Assembly: GCA_964016885.1 (NCBI GenBank)
Contig: OZ024740.1
Coordinates: 38,192,001-38,256,000 of the forward strand
DNA from: Eledone cirrhosa
Lineage: Eukaryota
Length of the DNA stretch: 64,000 nucleotides
Direction of reading: 5' to 3'
In this document: positions 40,401 through 55,400 of the stretch, piece after piece
Layout of the letters: each line of letters begins with the position of its first letter
Position numbering within the stretch: position 1 is the stretch's first letter
Position numbers and translations under genes: made by a program
The notes under the pieces: model-generated
The model's database searches: none
What the model was told of the DNA's origin: nothing
The model's input: the letters and a program-made list of their open reading frames with translations, nothing else

Positions 40401-43400
40401 AACTAGGTTGTGTTTACATTAATCCTAGCTCATCTTATACATAACACTACAGATCAGGTACAAAGAGCTGACTAACTAGGTTATTTTTACTTTAATCCTA
40501 GCTCATCTTATACGTTACACTACAGATCAGGTACAAACAGCTGACTAACTAGGTTGTTTTTACATTAATCCTAGCTCATCTTATACATTACACTACAGAT
40601 CAGGTACAAACAGTTGACTAACTAGGTTGTGTTTACATTAATCCTAGCTCATCTTATACATTACACTACAGATCAGGTACAAACAGCTGACTAACTAGGT
40701 TATTTTTACATTAATCCTAGCTCATCTTATACATTACACTACAGATCAGGTACAAACAGTTGACTAACTAGGTTGTGTTTACATTAATCCTAGCTCATCT
40801 TATACATTACACTACAGATCAGGTACAAACAGTTGACTAACTAGGTTGTGTTTACATTAATCCTAGCTCATCTTATACATTACACTACAGATCAGGTACA
40901 AACAGTTGACTAACTAGGTTGTGTTTACATTAACCCTAGCTCATCTTATACATTACACTACAGATCAGGTACAAACAGTTGACTAACTAGGTTGTGTTTA
41001 CATTAATCCTAGCTCATCTTATACATTACACTACAGATCAGGTACAAACAGCTGACTAACTAGGTTATTTTTACGTTAATCCTAGCTCATCTTATACATT
41101 ACACTACAGATCTGGTACAAACAGCTGACTAACTAGGTTATTTTTACATTAATCCTAGCTCATCTTATACATTACACTACAGATCAGGTACAAACAGTTG
41201 ACTAACTAGGTTGTGTTTACATTAATCCTAGCTCATCTTATACATTACACTACAGATCAGGTACAAACAGCTGACTAACTAGATTATTTTTACATTAATC
41301 CTAGCTCATCTTATACATTACACTACAGATCAGGTACAAACAGTTGACTAACTAGGTTGTGTTTACATTAATCCTAGCTCATCTTATACATTACACTACA
41401 GATCAGGTACAAACAGCTGACTAACTAGGTTATTTTTACATTAATCCTAGCTCATCTTATACATTACACTACAGACCAGGTACAAACAGTTGACTAACTA
41501 GGTTGTTTTTACATTAATCCTAGCTCATCTTATATATTACACTACAGATCAGGTACAAACAGCTGACTAACTAGGTTATTTTTACTTTAATCCTAGCTCA
41601 TCTTATACATTACACTACAGATCAGGTACAAACAGCTGACGAACTAGGTTGTTTTTACATTAATCCTAGCTCATCTTATACATTAAACTACAGATCAGGT
41701 ACAAACAGCTGACTAACTAGGTTGTTTTTACATTAATCCTAGCTCATCTTATACATTACACTACAGATCAGGTACAAACAGCTGACTAACTAGGTTATTT
41801 TTACTTTAATCCTAGCTCATCTTATACATTACACTACAGATCAGGTACAAACAGCTGACTAACTAGGTTGTGTTTACATTAATCCTAGCTCATCTTATAC
41901 ATTACACTACAGATCAGGTACAAACAGCTGACTAACTAGGTTATTTTTACTTTAATCCTAGCTCATCTTATACATTACACTACAGATCGGGTACAAACAG
42001 TTGACTAACTAGGTTGTGTTTACATTAATCCTAGCTCATCTTATACATTACACTACAGATCAGGAACAAACAGCTGACTAACTAGATTATTTTTACATTA
42101 ATCCTAGCTCATCTTATACATTACACTACAGATCAGGTACAAACAGTTGACTAACTAGGTTGTGTTTACATTAATCCTAGCTCATCTTATAGATTACACT
42201 ACAGATCAGGTACAAACAGCTGACTAACTAGGTTATTTTTACATTAATCCTAGCTCATCTTATACATTACACTACAGACCAGGTACAAACAGTTGACTAA
42301 CTAGGTTGTGTTTACATTAATCCTAGCTCATCTTATACATTACACTACAGATCAGGTACAAACAGCTGACTAACTAGGTTGTGTTTACATTAATCCTAGC
42401 TCATCTTATACATTACACTACAGATCAGGTACAAACAGTTGACTAACTAGGTTGTGTTTACATTAATCCTAGCTCATCTTATACATTACACTACAGATCA
42501 GGTACAAACAGCTGACTAACTAGGTTATTTTTACTTTAATCCTAGCTCATCTTATACATTACACTACAGATCAGGTACAAACAGCTGACTAACTAGGTTG
42601 TTTTTACATTAATCCTAGCTCATCTTATATATTACACTACAGATCAGGTACAAACAGCTGACTAACTAGTTTATTTTTCTTTAATCCTAGCTCATCTTAT
42701 ACATTACACTACAGATCAGGTACAAACAGCTGACTAACTAGGTTATTTTTACTTTAATCCTAGCTCATCTTATACATTACACTACAGATCAGGTACAAAC
42801 AGCTGACTAACTAGGTTGTTTTTACATTAATCCTAGCTCATCTTATACATTACACTACAGATCAGGTACAAACAGTTGACTAACTAGGTTGTGTTTACAT
42901 TAATCCTAGCTCATCTTATACATTACACTACAGATCAGGTACAAACAGCTGACTAACTAGGTTATTTTTACTTTAATCCTAGCTCATCTTATACATTACA
43001 CTACAGATCAGGTACAAACAGCTGACTAACTAGGTTGTTTTTACATTAATCCTAGCTCATCTTATACATTACACTACAGATCAGGTACAAACAGTTGACT
43101 AACTAGGTTGTGTTTACATTAATCCTAGCTCATCTTATACATTACACTACAGATCAGGTACAAACAGTTGACTAACTAGGTTGTGTTTACATTAACCCTA
43201 GCTCATCTTATACATTACACTACAGATCAGGTACAAACAGCTGACTAACTAGGTTATTTTTACATTAATCCTAGCTCATCTTATACATTACACTACAGAT
43301 CAGGTACAAACAGTTGACTAACTAGGTTGTGTTTACATTAATCCTAGCTCATCTTATACATTACACTACAGATCAGGTACAAACAGCTGACTAACTAGGT

Positions 43401-46400
43401 TATTTTTACTTTAATCCTAGCTCATCTTATACATTACACTACAGATCAGGTACAAACAGTTGACTAACTAGGTTGTGTTTATATTAATCCTAGCTCATCT
43501 TATAAATTACACTACAGATCAGGTACAAACAGTTGACTAACTAGGTTGTGTTTACATTAATCCTAGCTCATCTTATACATTACACTACAGATCAGGTACA
43601 AACAGCTGACTAACTAGGTTATTTTTACATTAATCCTAGCTCATCTTATACATTACACTACAGATCAGGTACAAACAGTTGACTAACTAGGTTGTGTTTA
43701 CATTAATCCTAGCTCATCTTATACATTACACTACAGATCGGGTACAAACAGCTGACTAACTAGGTTATTTTTACATTAATCCTAGCTCATCTTATACATT
43801 ACACTACAGATCAGGTACAAACAGTTGACTAACTAGGTTGTGTTTACATTAATCCTAGCTCATCTTATACATTACACTACAGATCAGGTACAAACATCTG
43901 ACTAACTAGGTTATTTTTACATTAATCCTAGCTCATCTTATACATTACACTACAGATCAGGTACAAACAGTTGACTAACTAGGTTGTGGTTACATTAATC
44001 CTAGCTTACCTTATACATTACACTACAGATCAGGTACAAACAGCTGACTAACTAGGTTGTGTTTACATTAATCCTAGCTCATCTTATACATTACACTACA
44101 GATCATGTACAAACAGCTGACTAACTAGGTTGTGTTTACATTAATCCTAGCTCATCTTATACATTACACTACAGATCAGGTACAAACAGTTGACTAACTA
44201 GGTTGTGTTTACATTAATCCTAGCTCATCTTATACATTACACTACAGATCAGGTACAAATAGCTGACTAACTAGGTTATTTTTACTTTAATCCTAGCTCA
44301 TCTTATACGTTACACTACAGATCAGGTACAAACAGCTGACTAACTAGGTTGTTTTTACATTAATCCTAGCTCATCTTATACATTACACTACAGATCAGGT
44401 ACAAACAGTTGACTAACTAGGTTGTGTTTACATTAATCCTAGCTCATCTTATACATTACAGTACAGATCAGGTACAAACAGCTGACTAACTAGGTTATTT
44501 TTACATTAATCCTAGCTCATCTTATACATTACACTACAGATCAGGTACAAACAGTTGACTAACTAGGTTGTGTTTACATTAATCCTAGCTCATCTTATAC
44601 ATTACACTACAGATCAGGTACAAACAGCTGACTAACTAGGTTATTTTTACGTTAATCCTAGCTCATCTTATACATTACACTACAGCTCAGGTACAAACAG
44701 CTGACTAACTAGGTTATTTTTACTTTAATCCTAGCTCATCTTATACATTACACTACAGATCAGGTACAAACAGCTGACTAACTAGGTTGTTTTTACATTA
44801 ATCCTAGCTCATCTTATACATTATACTACAGATCAGGTACAAACAGCTGACTAACTAGGTTATTTTTACTTTAATCCTAGCTCATCTTATACATTACACT
44901 ACAGATCAGGTACAAACAGCTGACTAACTAGGTTGTGTTTACATTAATCCTAGCTCATCTGATACATTACACTACAGATCATGTACAAACAGCTGACTAA
45001 CTAGGTTGTGTTTACATTAATCCTAGCTCATCTTATACATTACACTACAGATCAGGTACAAACAGTTGACTAACTAGGTTGTGTTTACCTTAATCCTAGC
45101 TCATCTTATACATTACACTACAGATCAGGTACAAACAGCTGACTAACTAGGTTATTTTTACTTTAATCCTAGCTCATCTTATACGTTACACTACAGATCA
45201 GGTACAAACAGCTGACTAACTAGGTTGTTTTTACATTAATCCTAGCTCATCTTATACATTACACTACAGATCAGGTACAAACAGTTGACTAACTAGGTTG
45301 TGTTTACATTAATCCTAGCTCATCTTATACATTACACTACAGATCAGGTACAAACAGTTGACTAACTAGGTTGTGTTTACATTAATCCTAGCTCAGCTTA
45401 TACATTACACTACAGATCAGGTACAAACATTTGACTAACTAGGTTGTGTTTACATTAATCCTAGCTCATCTTATACATTACACTACAGATCAGGTACAAA
45501 CAGTTGACTAACTAGGTTGTGTTTACATTAACCCTAGCTCATCTTATACATTACACTACAGATCAGGTACAAACAGTTGACTAACTAGGTTGTGTTTACA
45601 TTAATCCTAGCTCATCTTATACATTACACTACAGATCAGGTACAAACAGCTGACTAACTAGGTTATTTTTACGTTAATCCTAGCTCATCTTATACATTAC
45701 ACTACAGATCTGGTACAAACAGCTGACTAACTAGGTTATTTTTACATTAATCCTAGCTCATCTTATACATTACACTACAGATCAGGTACAAACAGTTGAC
45801 TAACTAGGTTGTGTTTACATTAATCCTAGCTCATCTTATACATTACACTACAGATCAGGTACAAACAGCTGACTAACTAGATTATTTTTACATTAATCCT
45901 AGCTCATCTTATACATTACACTACAGATCAGGTACAAACAGTTGACTAACTAGGTTGTGTTTACATTAATCCTAGCTCATCTTATAAATTACACTACAGA
46001 TCAGCTACAAACAGCTGACTAACTAGGTTATTTTTACATTAATCCTAGCTCATCTTATACATTACACTACAGACCAGGTACAAACAGTTGACTAACTAGG
46101 TTGTTTTTACATTAATCCTAGCTCATCTTATATATTACACTACAGATCAGGTACAAACAGCTGACTAACTAGGTTATTTTTACTTTAATCCTAGCTCATC
46201 TTATACATTACACTACAGATCAGGTACAAACAGCTGACGAACTAGGTTGTTTTTACATTAATCCTAGCTCATCTTATACATTACACTACAGATCAGGTAC
46301 AAACAGCTGACTAACTAGGTTATTTTTACTTTAATCCTAGCTCATTTTATACATTACACTACAGATCAGGTACAAACAGCTGACTAACTAGGTTGTGTTT

Positions 46401-49400
46401 ACATTAATCCTAGCTCATCTTATACATTACACTACAGATCAGGTACAAACAGCTGACTAACTAGGTTATTTTTACTTTAATCCTAGCTCATCTTATACAT
46501 TACACTACAGATCGGGTACAAACAGTTGACTAACTAGGTTGTGTTTACATTAATCCTAGCTCATCTTATACATTACACTACAGATCAGGAACAAACAGCT
46601 GACTAACTAGATTATTTTTACATTAATCCTAGCTCATCTTATACATTACCCTACAGATCAGGTACAAACAGTTGACTAACTAGGTTGTGTTTACATTAAT
46701 CCTAGCTCATCTTATAGATTACACTACAGATCAGGTACAAACAGCTGACTAACTAGGTTATTTTTACATTAATCCTAGCTCATCTTATACATTACACTAC
46801 AGACCAGGTACAAACAGTTGACTAACTAGGTTGTGTTTACATTAATCCTAGCTCATCTTATACATTACACTACAGATCAGGTACAAACAGCTGACTAACT
46901 AGGTTATTTTTACTTTAATCCTAGCTCATCTTATACATTACACTACAGATCAGGTACAAACAGCTGACTAACTAGGTTGTTTTTACATTAATCCTAGCTC
47001 ATCTTATATATTACACTACAGATCAGGTACAAACAGCTGACTAACTAGGTTATTTTTACTTTAATCCTAGCTCATCTTATACATTACACTACAGATCAGG
47101 TACAAACAGCTGACTAACTAGGTTATTTTTACTTTAATCCTAGCTCATCTTATACATTACACTACAGATCAGGTACAAACAGTTGACTAACTAGGTTGTG
47201 TTTACATTAATCCTAGCTCATCTTATACATTACACAACAGATCAGGTACAAACAGTTGACTAACTAGGTTGTGTTTACATTAACCCTAGCTCATCTTATA
47301 CATTACACTACAGATCAGGTACAAACAGCTGACTAACTAGGTTATTTTTACATTAATCTTAGCTCATCTTATACATTACACTACAGATCAGGTACAAACA
47401 GTTGACTAACTAGGTTGTGTTTACATTAATCCTAGCTCATCTTATACATTACACTACAGATCAGGTACAAACAGCTGACTAACTAGGTTATTTTTACTTT
47501 AATCCTAGCTCATCTTATACATTACACTACAGATCAGGTACAAACAGCTGACTAACTAGGTTGTTTTTACATTAATCCTAGCTCATCTTATACATTACAC
47601 TACAGATCAGGTACAAACAGTTGACTAACTAGGTTGTGTTTACATTAATCCTAGCTCATCTTATACATTACACTACAGATCAGGTACAAACAGCTGACTA
47701 ACTAGGTTGTTTTTACATTAATCCTAGCTCATCTTATACATTACACTACAGATCAGGTACAAACAGTTGACTAACTAGGTTGTGTTTACATTAATCCTAG
47801 CTCATCTTATACATTACACTACAGATCAGGTACAAACAGTTGACTAACTAGGTTGTGTTTACATTAACCCTAGCTCATCTTATACATTACACTACAGATC
47901 AGGTACAAACAGCTGACTAACTAGGTTATTTTTACATTAATCCTAGCTCATCTTATACATTACACTACAGATCAGGTACAAACAGTTGACTAACTAGGTT
48001 GTGTTTACATTAATCCTAGCTCATCTTATACATTACACTACAGATCAGGTACAAACAGCTGACTAACTAGGTTATTTTTACTTTAATCCTAGCTCATCTT
48101 ATACATTACACTACAGATCAGGTACAAACAGTTGACTAACTAGGTTGTGTTTATATTAATCCTAGCTCATCTTATAAATTACACTACAGATCAGGTACAA
48201 ACAGTTGACTAACTAGGTTGTGTTTACATTAATCCTAGCTCATCTTATACATTACACTACAGATCAGGTACAAACAGCTGACTAACTAGGTTATTTTTAC
48301 ATTAATCCTAGCTCATCTTATACATTACACTACAGATCAGGTACAAACAGTTGACTAACTAGGTTGTGTTTACATTAATCCTAGCTCATCTTATACATTA
48401 CACTACAGATCGGGTACAAACAGCTGACTAACTAGGTTATTTTTACATTAATCCTAGCTCATCTTATACATTACACTACAGATCAGGTACAAACAGTTGA
48501 CTAACTAGGTTGTGTTTACATTAATCCTAGCTCATCTTATACATTACACTACAGATCAGGTACAAACATCTGACTAACTAGGTTATTTTTACATTAATCC
48601 TAGCTCATCTTATACATTACACTACAGATCAGGTACAAACAGTTGACTAACTAGGTTGTGGTTACATTAATCCTAGCTTACCTTATACATTACACTACAG
48701 ATCAGGTACAAACAGCTGACTAACTAGGTTGTGTTTACATTAATCCTAGCTCATCTTATACATTACACTACAGATCATGTACAAACAGCTGACTAACTAG
48801 GTTGTGTTTACATTAATCCTAGCTCATCTTATACATTACACTACAGATCAGGTACAAACAGTTGACTAACTAGGTTGTGTTTACATTAATCCTAGCTCAT
48901 CTTATACATTACACTACAGATCAGGTACAAATAGCTGACTAACTAGGTTATTTTTACTTTAATCCTAGCTCATCTTATACGTTACACTACAGATCAGGTA
49001 CAAACAGCTGACTAACTAGGTTGTTTTTACATTAATCCTAGCTCATCTTATACATTACACTACAGATCAGGTACAAACAGTTGACTAACTAGGTTGTGTT
49101 TACATTAATCCTAGCTCATCTAATACATTACAGTACAGATCAGGTACAAACAGCTGACTAACTAGGTTATTTTTACATTAATCCTAGCTCATCTTATACA
49201 TTACACTACAGATCAGGTACAAACAGTTGACTAACTAGGTTGTGTTTACATTAATCCTAGCTCATCTTATACATTACACTACAGATCGGGTACAAACAGC
49301 TGACTAACTAGGTTATTTTTACATTAATCCTAGCTCATCTTATACATTACACTACAGATCAGGTACAAACAGCTGACTAACTAGGTTGTTTTTACATTAA

Positions 49401-52400
49401 TCCTAGCTCATCTTATACATTACACTACAGATCAGGTACAAACAGTTGACTAACTAGGTTGTGTTTACATTAATCCTAGCTCATCTTATACATTACACTA
49501 CAGATCAGGTACAAACAGTTGACTAACTAGGTTGTGTTTACATTAATCATAGCTCATCTTATACATTACACTACAGATCAGGTACAAACAGTTGACTAAC
49601 TAGGTTGTGTTTACATTAACCCTAGCTCATCTTATACATTACACTACAGATCAGGTACAAACAGCTGACTAACTAGGTTATTTTTACATTAATCCTAGCT
49701 CATCTTATACATTACACTACAGATCAGGTACAAACAGTTGACTAACTAGGTTGTGTTTACATTAATCCTAGCTCATCTTATACATTACACTACAGATCAG
49801 GTACAAACAGCTGACTAACTAGGTTATTTTTACTTTAATCCTAGCTCATCTTATACATTACACTACAGATCAGGTACAAACAGTTGACTAACTAGGTTGT
49901 GTTTACATTAATCCTAGCTCATCTTATAAATTACACTACAGATCAGGTACAAACAGTTGACTAACTAGGTTGTGTTTACATTAATCCTAGCTCATCTTAT
50001 ACATTACACTACAGATCAGGTACAAACAGCTGACTAACTAGGTTATTTTTACGTTAATCCTAACTCATCTTATACATTACACTACAGATCTGGTACAAAC
50101 AGCTGACTAACTAGGTTATTTTTACATTAATCCTAGCTCATCTTATACATTACACTACAGATCAGGTACAAACAGTTGACTAACTAGGTTGTGTTTACAT
50201 TAATCCTAGCTCATATTATACATTACACTACAGATCAGGTACAAACAGCTGACTAACTAGGTTATTTTTACTTTAATCCTAGATCATCTTATACATTACA
50301 CTACAGATCGGGTACAAACAGTTGACTAACTAGGTTGTGTTTACATTAATCCTAGCTCATCTTATACATTACACTACAGATCAGGTACAAACAGCTGACT
50401 AACTAGATTATTTTTACATTAATCCTAGCTCATCTTATACATTACACTACAGATCAGGTACAAACAGTTGACTAACTAGGTTGTGTTTACATTAATCCTA
50501 GCTCATCTTATACATTACACTACAGATCAGGTACAAACAGCTGACTAACTAGGTTATTTTTACATTAATCCTAGCTCATCTTATACATTACACTACAGAC
50601 CAGGTACAAACAGTTGACTAACTAGGTTGTTTTTACATTAATCCTAGCTCATCTTATATATTACACTACAGATCAGGTACAAACAGCTGACTAACTAGGT
50701 TATTTTTACTTTAATCCTAGCTCATCTTATACATTACACTACAGATCAGGTACAAACAGCTGACGAACTAGGTTGTTTTTACATTAATCCTAGCTCATCT
50801 TATACATTACACTACAGATCAGGTACAAACAGTTGACTAACTAAGTTGTGTTTACATTAATCCTAGCTCATCTTATACATTACACTACAGATCAGGTACA
50901 AACAGTTGACTAACTAGGTTGTGTTTACATTAATCCTAGCTCATCTTATACATTATATAACAGATCAGGTACAAACAGCTGACTAACTAGGTTGTGTTTA
51001 CATTAATCCTAGCTCATCTTATACATTACACTACAGATCATGTACAAACAGCTGACTAACTAGGTTGTGTTTACATTAATCCTAGCTCATCTTATACATT
51101 ATATAACAGATCAGGTACAAACAGTTGACTAACTAGGTTGTTTTTACATTAATCCTAGCTCATCTTATACACTACACTACAGATCAGGTACAAACAGTTG
51201 ACTAACTAGGTTGTGTTTACATTAATCCTAGCTCATCTTATACATTACACTACAGATCAGGTAAAAACAGCTGACTAACTAGGTTATTTTTACTTTAATC
51301 CTAGCTCATCTTATACATTACACTACAGATCAGGTACAAACAGTTGACTAACTAGGTTGTGTTTACATTAATCCTAGCTCATCTTATACATTACACTACA
51401 GATCATGTACAAACAGCTGACTAACTAGGTTGTGTTTACATTAATCCTAGCTCATCTTATACATTATATAACAGATCAGGTACAAACAGTTGACTAACTA
51501 GGTTGTGTTTACATTAATCCTAGCTCATCTTATACATTACACTACAGATCAGGTACAAACAGCTGACTAACTAGGTTATTTTTACGTTAATCCTAGCTCA
51601 TCTTATACATTACACTACAGATCTGGTACAAACAGCTGACTAACTAGGTTATTTTTACATTAATCCTAGCTCATCTTATACATTACACTACAGATCAGGT
51701 ACAAACAGTTGACTAACTAGGTTGTGTTTACATTAATCCTAGCTCATATTATACATTACACTACAGATCAGGTACAAACAGCTGACTAACTAGGTTATTT
51801 TTACTTTAATCCTAGCTCATCTTATACATTACACTACAGATCGGGTACAAACAGTTGACTAACTAGGTTGTGTTTACATTAATCCTAGCTCATCTTATAC
51901 ATTACACTACAGATCAGGTACAAACAGCTGACTAACTAGATTATTTTTACATTAATCCTAGCTCATCTTATACATTACACTACAGATCAGGTACAAACAG
52001 TTGACTAACTAGGTTGTGTTTACATTAATCCTAGCTCATCTTATACATTACACTACAGATCAGGTACAAACAGTTGACTAACTAGGTTGTGTTTACATTA
52101 ATCCTAGCTCATCTTATACATTATATAACAGATCAGGTACAAACAGCTGACTAACTAGGTTGTGTTTACATTAATCCTAGCTCATCTTATACATTACACT
52201 ACAGATCATGTACAAACAGCTGACTAACTAGGTTGTGTTTACATTAATCCTAGCTCATCTTATACATTATATAACAGATCAGGTACAAACAGTTGACTAA
52301 CTAGGTTGTTTTTACATTAATCCTAGCTCATCTTATACACTACACTACAGATCAGGTACAAACAGTTGACTAACTATGTTGTGTTTACATTAATCCTAGC

Positions 52401-55400
52401 TCATCTTATACATTACACTACAGATCAGGTACAAACAGCTGACTAACTAGGTTATTTTTACTTTAATCCTAGCTCATCTTATACATAACACTACAGATCA
52501 GGTACAAACAGTTGACTAACTAGGTTGTGTTTACATTAATCCTAGCTCATCTTATACATTACACTACAGATCAGGTACAAACAGCTGACTAACTAGGTTA
52601 TTTTTACTTTAATCCTAGCTCATCTTATACATTACACTACAGATCAGGTACAAACAGTTGACTAACTAGGTTGTTTTTACATTAATCCTAGCTCATCTTA
52701 TACGTTACACTACAGATCAGGTACAAACAGTTGACTAACTAGGTTGTGTTTACATTAATCCTAGCTCATCTTATACATTACACTACAGATCATGTACAAA
52801 CAGCTGACTAACTAGGTTGTGTTTACATTAATCCTAGCTCAACTTATACATTACACTACAGATCAGGTACAAACAGTTGACTAACTAGGTTGTGTTTACA
52901 TTAATCCTAGCTCATCTTATACATTACACTACAGATCAGGTACAAACAGCTGACTAACTAGGTTGTTTTTACATTAATCCTAGCTCATCTTATACATTAC
53001 ACTACAGATCAGGTACAAACAGTTGACTAACTAGGTTGTGTTTACATTAATCCTAGCTCATCTTATAAATTACACTACAGATCAGGTACAAACAGTTGAC
53101 TAACTAGGTTATTTTTACTTTAATCCTAGCTCATCTTATACATTACACTACAGATCAGGTACAAACAGCTGACTAACTAGGTTGTTTTTACATTAATCCT
53201 AGCTCATCTTATACATTACACTACAGATCAGGTACAAACAGTTGACTAACTAGGTTGTGTTTACATTAATCCTAGCTCATCTTATACATTACACTACAGA
53301 TCAGGTACAAACAGCTGACTAACTAGGTTATTTTTACTTTAATCCTAGCTCATCTTATACATTACACTACAGATCAGGTACAAACAGCTGACTAACTAGG
53401 TTGTTTTTACATTAATCCTAGCTCATCTTATACATTACACTACAGATCCGGTACAAACAGTTGACTAACTAGGTTGTGTTTACATTAATCCTAGCTCATC
53501 TTATACATTACACTACAGATCAGGTACAAACAGTTGACTAACTAGGTTGTGTTTACATTAATCCTAGCTCATCTTATACATTACACTACAGATCAGGTAC
53601 AAACAGTTGACTAACTAGGTTGTGTTTACATTAACCCTAGCTCATCTTATACATTACACTACAGATCAGGTACAAACAGCTGACTAACTAGGTTATTTTT
53701 ACATTAATCCTAGCTCATCTTATACATTACACTACAGATCAGGTACAAACAGTTGACTAACTAGGTTGTGTTTACATTAATCCTAGCTCATTTTATACAT
53801 TACACTACAGATCAGGTACAAACAGCTGACTAACTAGGTTATTTTTACATTAATCCTAGCTCATCTTATACATTACACTACAGAACAGGTACAAACAGTT
53901 GACTAACTAGGTTGTGTTTACATTAATCCTAGCTCATCTTATACATTACACTACAGATCGGGTACAAACAGCTGACTAACTAGGTTGTGTTTACATTAAT
54001 CCTAGCTCATCTTATACATTACACTACAGATCAGGTACAAACAGTTGACTAACTAGGTTGTGTTTACATTAATCCTAGCTCATCTTATACATTACACTAC
54101 AGATCAGGTACAAACATCTGACTAACTAGGTTATTTTTACATTAATCCTAGCTCATCTTATACATTACACTACAGATCAGGTACAAACAGTTGACTAACT
54201 AGGTTGTGTTTACATTAATCCTAGCTTACCTTATACATTACACTACAGATCAGGTACAAACAGCTGACTAACTAGGTTGTGTTTACATTAATCCTAGCTC
54301 ATCTTATACATTACACTACAGATCAGGTACAAACAGCTGAATAACTAGGTTATTTTTACATTAATCCTAGCTCATCTTATACATTACACTACACATCAGG
54401 TACAAACAGTTGACTAACTAGGTTGTGTTTACGTTAATCCTAGCTCATCTTATACGCTACTCTACAGCTCAGGTACAAACAGCTGACTAACTAGGTTATT
54501 TTTACTTTAATCCTAGCTCATCTTATACATTACACTACAGATCAGGTACAAACAGTTGACTAACTAGGTTGTGTTTACATTAATCCTAGCTCATCTTATA
54601 AATTACACTACAGATCAGGTACAAACAGCTGACTAACTAGGTTATTTTTACATTAATCCTAGCTCATCTTATACATTATACTACAGATCAGGTACAAACA
54701 GTTGACTAACTAGGTTGCGTTTACATTAATCCTAGCTCATCTTATACATTACACTACAGATCAGGTACAAACAGCTGACTAACTAGGTTATTTTTACATT
54801 AATCCTAGCTCATCTTATACATTACACTACAGATCAGGTACAAACAGTTGACTAACTAGGTTGTGTTTACATTAATCCTAGCTCATCTTATACATTACAC
54901 TACAGATCGGGTACAAACAGCTGACTAACTAGGTTATTTTTACATTAATCCTAGCTCATCTTATACATTATACTACAGATCAGGTACAAACAGTTGACTA
55001 ACTAGGTTGTGTTTACATTAATCCTAGCTCATCTTATACATTACACTACAGATCAGGTACAAACATCTGACTAACTAGGTTATTTTTACATTAATCCTAG
55101 CTCATCTTATACATTACACTACAGATCAGGTACAAACAGTTGACTAACTAGGTTGTGTTTACATTAATCCTAGCTTACCTTATACATTACACTACAGATC
55201 AGGTACAAACATCTGACTAACTAGGTTGTGTTTACATTAATCCTAGCTCATCTTATACATTACACTACAGATCAGGTACAAACAGCTGACTAACTAGGTT
55301 ATTTTTACATTAATCCTAGCTCATCTTATACATTACACTACAGATCAGGTACAAACAGTTGACTAACTATGTTGTGTTTACGTTAATCCTAGCTCATCTT